A DNA stretch of 64,000 nt from Macrostomum lignano (taxonomy: Eukaryota). The translations under genes were made by a program, and so were the position numbers. Where the stretch lies: positions 124,001 to 188,000 of the forward strand of contig NIVC01000094.1 of NCBI GenBank assembly GCA_002269645.1. Reading direction: 5' to 3'. Below the pieces are notes generated by a model. It saw only the letters and a program-made list of their open reading frames with translations, did not search any database and was not told the DNA's origin. Positions 58,242 through 64,000 of the stretch are shown here, one piece after another (positions within the stretch are counted from its first letter, which is position 1; every line of letters starts with the position of its first letter).

Positions 58242-59477
58242 TATTATTGTCTCTAATTATCTCTTTGCTTGTTCAGTGCATGGATTTTTTGTCTGTAGCC
58301 TATTTGTCTACTAGCAAATGAAAGGACTTTTTGAAAAGAAGAAGTAAAATATGGCTACATAACTTATATGAGTTTATTATCTTTACTTTTTAAGCATTTT
58401 TAAGATATATAGTCTAGAAACCTCTTTATATTACCAATTCCAGAACCATTAATCATTAATCATTAACTCTATTAATATTTGACTGCCTTAACAGGCTCAT
58501 TTTGCACAATTTTTCACTTTCTTCTTGGCGATTTTCATTCAATAATTAAAAGTTTATAGCAAGTATATCCCTCTAGTTAAGGAGACAAGTTATACTTTAA
58601 CAAATTGGTTCTGGTTCTGAAAACAGGACAAGGACAAGCAATATGAAGAGCCTCTAGATTTTTCCTTTTAATATTATATACATATAAATACTGATGTATA
58701 TTAATATTTTGTTAATAGACAAAATTATTTTATCATATTTTTGCAAACAAAAAGTAGCAGACAAACTGGCAGCAGATGAAACAACGATCAAGTGCTTGTT
58801 CTAGCCTATCCCAAGTCCAAATAACTTTTCTTGCCAAAATCATTTGTGTAGGCTTACATAATGTTATTTAGGCTTTATTTCATAAAATTAAGTTGATGTA
58901 CCCTTTGAATCAGTGTTGGGCACCAGTCTATTAATAAGCATTAATCTGTTAATAAGTGTTAATAAGCATTAAGATTTTCATTAACATTAACAGACTGCCA
59001 TTAAGATTTTTTCACTAATGAATTAGCCTAACAAATTTGTGTTAATAATTTAGTGAGTTAACAACAAATTTATCATTAATGTTAATGAATGTCAGTGACC
59101 AAAGATGCAAAAAGAACAAAAATATAAGTCTGATGAGAAGTTACAACATTACAAATGTATTTAAATCTATATCTAAATACCTAATTATTCTCTTTGTTTA
59201 TAACAATGATAATGTAAATATACCAACTTCTTATTAATGAACTTTAATAATGCTTGTGCATAAGCATTGATTGCTTTGATTCACTTCTTTCCTAATCTTT
59301 TGTAACTTTCTGTTGCGCCTGCTAATGTTACTAAAACAATCCTCCTATTCATATTTGATTATAAACTAATAAAATTATTAATTATTTACTTTTAAGTTTA
59401 AAATAAATTAGTTACTTCTTTTACTATATGCTTACTTTTAGTAGTATTATATATTCATGTTTTTAAATATGCTTGGA

Positions 59478-59665
59478 TGTAACCTAGGGATTCATCTAGC
59501 CATTTCTATTGGCAATACACACATATAAGTCACTATTGGATGATTGGATGAAATAGTAGTCACATGATTGCTCTTAGCCAATAGTGACTTATATGTGTAT
59601 TGCTAGGCCTAATGGCATAATGCTAATAGAAAATTAGAAATGGCTAAGTGATTCCCAAGGTTGCA
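59478..59665. repeat. Imperfect ~190-bp inverted repeat (MITE-like fold-back)
   Basis: Outer arms TAACCTAGGGATTCATCTAGCCATTTCTA / TAGAAATGGCTAAGTGATTCCCAAGGTTG and inner arms GCAATACACACATATAAGTCACTATTGG / CCAATAGTGACTTATATGTGTATTGC. Confidence 0.7.
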
Positions 59666-62446
59666 CATGTATGTTTTTTAATTATTATTTATTACTTTTT
59701 TAGCTTCTAAATTTTAGATGACCTTTGTGTTTTGCTAAAAAGGTGGAAAAGCAAAGACAGTGCATTATGGAAGTCTGTTTTGGAAAAAAGTGAAAGATTT
59801 CCAACTATTTTCTATGTTAACTTTAGTGGATTACCACTTTTATCAGTTAACTTTCAGTTAACTTCACAAAATTAAAAGATAATAAGTTGAGACTTTGTTT
59901 TAGGCCTAATGCTAATACTTTTGCTATTAATAATGGACAAAAATATCATTGCAATAGCAACAATTTTAGCAGAATATTTTATTTTAATGCTAGAAAAAGA
60001 ACAAATTATTCTCTTTTTTTCTTAAATAGTCTATTTTATTTCAATAAGGGACATATAAAAATTTGCAATGTTAAACAAAATAAAAAAATTAAGCTTAGGC
60101 CTATTTTATTTTTACTTTTATAAATAGGCCTAGCATAAATCTGCTAGCTAATCTACTAGCCAATGTGGCTAGTTAAAATTGTGGAAGATAAAGAGAGAGT
60201 CACGAAATTGACGAGTTTTGACAATTATATTAGAGCCTAGTAGGCCTAGGCTTGTTCATTTGATTTTAAATTGAAAACATTTTGAATTATAAAAACTAGC
60301 AACACAGAAATTCGAAATTCTCTAGTTTAAGTTTACCCCTTATATGTGGCCTAAGTTAGATTAAAATTAGTCATACCTATAGAGTGGCCATATTTTTACT
60401 GCTATCTACATTTTACGGGATTGTACGCCCAGCCGGTAGTTTTCAATATAATAAAATTCTAAATATTGAGTTTGACCTAGAGCCCTCTCAGTACTCAACT
60501 TAGTGCTCGAGCTATGAGAGCGCGCGAAATGGAATTGGAAATCTAAATTGTAATATAAATTGTCAGCAGTCAAATTTTTCGACAACTCAGTTCTTCATTT
60601 TTTTTGTTTCTGCGAGTTTAAAGCTATTTCGCTCGTTTTTTGCCTAAACTAGAGTGATCTGTTTTGTTTTAATGTACCGTTCTATGAAAATATAAAGAAG
60701 AGCTCGATGCACGACTTACGTTTCACTAGCGAATAAACCATCACACCATTTTTTAGAAAATAATTCGCTATCGCAAAAAATATGTCTGGTAAATAAACTT
60801 TTTCATTATGAATATTCGCCACGAAGTTTCGTCTCCAATAGTGATTCGCTAGTGAAACCAAGGACCACTGTACTACTACTACAGTGGTCCTTGTAGTGAA
60901 ACGTGAGTGATGCACCCTCCCTGATGCTTAGTCAGCATATTGCACGCGCTTTTTTCTGCGACCTCGTTGCACTGGCAGTATTTTGGCAAAACTTGCGGAG
61001 CTCTTGGCTCTTCTAGAGCTTTTTTATGTAAAATTCTCGTATCATATCTATATCGATCGTAGTATAGTAGTAGTCCAAAATTTATCGATCACACTCATCG
61101 ATCTTTGTGTCAGACTACAGGGAGGGCGGGGTTGCCTGCACCCGCAGGTTTCTCGGGATGGTCGCAGACATGTTGTGGATATTTTCAAGGCCTGCAATTC
61201 GCGCTGTCACGAACTTGCCTAGTTCGATCAGAAAGTAGAATTTCAATGAGCAGGTAATGCTAATTGAAATCGGCACTGAAGCTAGTCACCAGCCCAGAAC
61301 TCTGCGGCATCCCCGAATCCGCTGACGCAGTCATTGCAGCTCCTGTTAAGCAAGGAAGCAAGGATGGAACCCGTGTCTTCCATCTGCTGTAGCGAATCGA
61401 AACTCGCGACTCTCCGCTGGCGCTATTCGATTAAAGGACCCGCGCGGGCCGCGCCTACTACATGTAGAAGATGGAATGGAGGTGCGGATCGGGCCCAGCA
61501 AGACCAATCAGTTCTCTTAATGCCACCACGGCACCACCAAGTCTGGCTGCCACAGTGCCTAAGCATCTCAAGCGAAACTAGGTGGCGGCAGACGGTCCCG
61601 ATGCGCTTCTGTTTTCAATCCGATCTGGTCAGCGACTCGCCCCCTCTCTGTCGGTTGCAGTTCCCCACACAGCTGATTCAAGCGGCAACAGCGGCAGCTT
61701 CGACCGTGGAGCAGCAATCTCAGGACATTCGCTGCTCAGTGGGCCTGAAGTCATATCTCTGGGGGGACTGGAGAAGCGTTTCGACTTTTTTTTCCGCTAC
61801 ATCAAGTGGTTGTGACAACAGCTCAGCTCACCAGCCACTGTTCACCTTCGCTACTCTGACTCTGTTTTGGCTTTAGACTGCTTTGTTAGGGACTTTCCAC
61901 TTTAGCACAGCTCTTTTCAGTCTTCGCTTTCCTGCCTGTGACATGAATTTAGTGATAGCCACTATAGAGTTAATGCGATTATAAAGGCAATGAAAAACTC
62001 TGTCCTGAAAGCCTCCTCGTGACAACTTACAAACGGGAGAAAATGATCTCTCTTTTTTCATCCCTTGGTTCCCATATTGTTTTCTATCAGTCCTTGCTGC
62101 TCAAAATTGGTTCCCTTTCTCTGATCCACACTCTCACAGCCCCTGTGAAGCTTGAAAATCAATAAACAGATCATTTTAGCAGCTCGTATAGTGGAAGTTG
62201 TCACCAGCGAGCAAGTCCGTGCAGCAGCGAGTTGAGGCGGACAAAGGAGGACCCGCATGCCCGGTCTGCAGAGCGGGTTTTTCGCCCATTGTCCGGATCT
62301 GACCGCCCGGCTTGCTGTCCGATGCACAAATTATTCATAATTTCGCTTGAAAATGCTTTTAAAGCATCATATTGGGAATTTTATACTGTATTTATAGCTG
62401 AATGATATGGCTGCCGCAGTCAGGCTGTATGGGAGGCTGTTAGGAA

Positions 62447-62541
62447 ATGATGATGATGATAATGATGCTGATGGTGATGATGATTATGATGATGATGAAG
62501 ATTATGATTATGATGATGATGATGATGAAGATGATGATGAT
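62447..62541. repeat. (GAT)n trinucleotide microsatellite, imperfect
   Basis: Directly visible. Confidence 0.92.
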
Positions 62542-63545
62542 GAATAGAACACACCAACAGAATAGAATAACTGATGCCGATTTTACTCCATGAATTATGC
62601 TCATACTGGTCATAGAGAAATTCGCAACAGGGTATCCATAGTCAACTGGTGCCACCTGTTGAAGGTCTATAAGGTCTGCCTGGGTAAGGCCAGTGACCAA
62701 CGAAGTGACCAAGTGACCAACGAGACCAGGTGGTGCTTTGTTAGGTCCTCAGCTCCACCAGCTGAACAGTGCAAGGACATGGACACGCACAGGTGACCCG
62801 AGTCCTGTGCCCCACCCACCTCACACGCTAGCTTTTTGAAAGTTGGCCGGAGTCTTCATCATCAGCGTGGGCTCGGGCTTCGGGGTGCGGCTGTGAGCAC
62901 TGATGAGCGAAGCGACAGCGAGTTTTGCTGCAGCCGCTAAAGCTGTTGAAGTCGAAACAGACGCTGTTGCATTTATATTATTTTTGTTGGTGTCATCAAG
63001 TACCAAGGTCTGCGCTAACAGCACTCCACCGCGTTACGTCTTGCTGAAGAGAAGCCGGCACGATCGTCATCATATCGCATGGCTTTTGTGCAGGTCGCCA
63101 TAGAACTGCATTGAACCCACATCCACAATTTCACAATTCATGTTCCGGTTAATTAAAATGAAAGAAGCTGCATTGTCTTTCCGTTTTTTGGCAGCAATAT
63201 TGTCTTGAAAAATTTTTTATTTTTTCTAAATTGGCCTGAGTTCTGAGTCTTTGCGTATGTTATTTTACTAATCTAGCTTGTCGTGCACTGGCGCTCTTCA
63301 AGAATTTATCATTTCTCGAAGGAGAACTTGCACAATACATTTATTTGTCCAACCACGAAGCAGTTCGTAACGTTGGTAAGTATTTTTGCCAAGAAAAAAG
63401 CCCTTTACACAAGAGGGACTTCGTTCGTCCTTATTTGTGACATGTATTCGAAGTACATGCACATGCATCTTGCTCGTACGTTTCATAGTCTATTTAACAA
63501 ATAACCAAGTGTTTGTGGGAATTTATTGTGGGAATCACCCACAAA

Positions 63546-63862
63546 TTACTGAGCGTCAGCCTTCAGCTTCACCGCATTGTCCATCACACGCTTGTTGTAT
63601 CTGAAAGTTTGGAATCGAAGCGGGAACTGAGCTTATAGTTACTACAGTGCATACAAAAATGTAAGTTGCAGATGCATTACCTGGGTCTGCCCAGCGAGGC
63701 AAAATATCGGTTGAGATTCAACAGGTACTCCTTCAGCGAGTCCGGATCGTCGAAGGCGTCAGTCGACTGGGCCAGAAAGGCGTGATGGCGGCCGCCTGAG
63801 GCGTAAGATCTGGCGGTGCTTGTTGACACGGCAACGAGCAGCAGCAGTTGTAGCCAGCTCAT
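63546..63862 (-). CDS. npf: Neuropeptide Y/F family precursor; exons 63862-63681 and 63600-63546 (78 aa)
   Basis: Signal peptide; YLLNLNRYFASLGRPR-Y with Tyr at positions 10 and 17 from the terminal Tyr; the family-diagnostic phase-2 intron lies inside the last Arg codon; AATAAA 19 nt after the stop. Confidence 0.9.
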
Positions 63863-64000
63863 TGTTTCTTTTGACAGGTTCTCTATGTTGAATAAATCTA
63901 GAACTGCAGCACATGTGCTGCCATGGCAAGCATTCGAGTCTATATATGATTAGAAAGTTGATTTCGAAGGTGAGTGGTCAGGCCTTGTTACAACCAATCA

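Noticed and set aside
58911-59100. Second CAGTGTTGGG hAT-like start
   Set aside because: No matching right TIR or TSD was found.
61334-61876. 180-aa ORF and overlapping frames
   Set aside because: No motifs, no codon bias, and stops in the alternative frames; it cannot be supported as a gene.
62821-63103. Alternative second exon for the NPF gene giving an FGKR ending
   Set aside because: I searched downstream acceptors by eye and none gives F/Y-G-K-R; the proximal acceptor at 63601 with a poly(A) signal fits best.

Overview
Eukaryotic, repeat-rich genomic window. GC3-rich exons, minisatellite-filled introns and an NPF/NPY gene suggest a free-living flatworm such as Macrostomum (inference only). 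Host genes, all on the - strand: 3' part of a C2H2 zinc-finger gene (1-1721); a 3-exon ABCA transporter with one in-frame TGA (25449-32224); an 11-exon coiled-coil/SAM-domain gene (33507-53430) whose introns hold five minisatellites, four transposons and a complete same-strand heat-inducible hsp70; an intronless, divergent RPS18; and an NPY/NPF precursor whose amidation Gly is replaced by Asn. Mobile DNA: a hAT-type element with intact 8-bp TSD containing three non-autonomous Helitrons (two joined head-to-tail), a composite degraded LINE inside a ~520-bp duplication, two full-length LOA/R1-group non-LTR retrotransposons with TSDs, a frameshifted IS630/Tc1 element, a deleted mariner and several MITEs. 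Best signal: both full-length retrotransposons begin exactly at G1 of a complete HDV-like ribozyme fold with a large structured J1/2 insert. They share a near-identical ~400-nt 5' module although their ORFs are strongly diverged. All structures and gene models were derived by eye, and coordinates may be off by a few bases.
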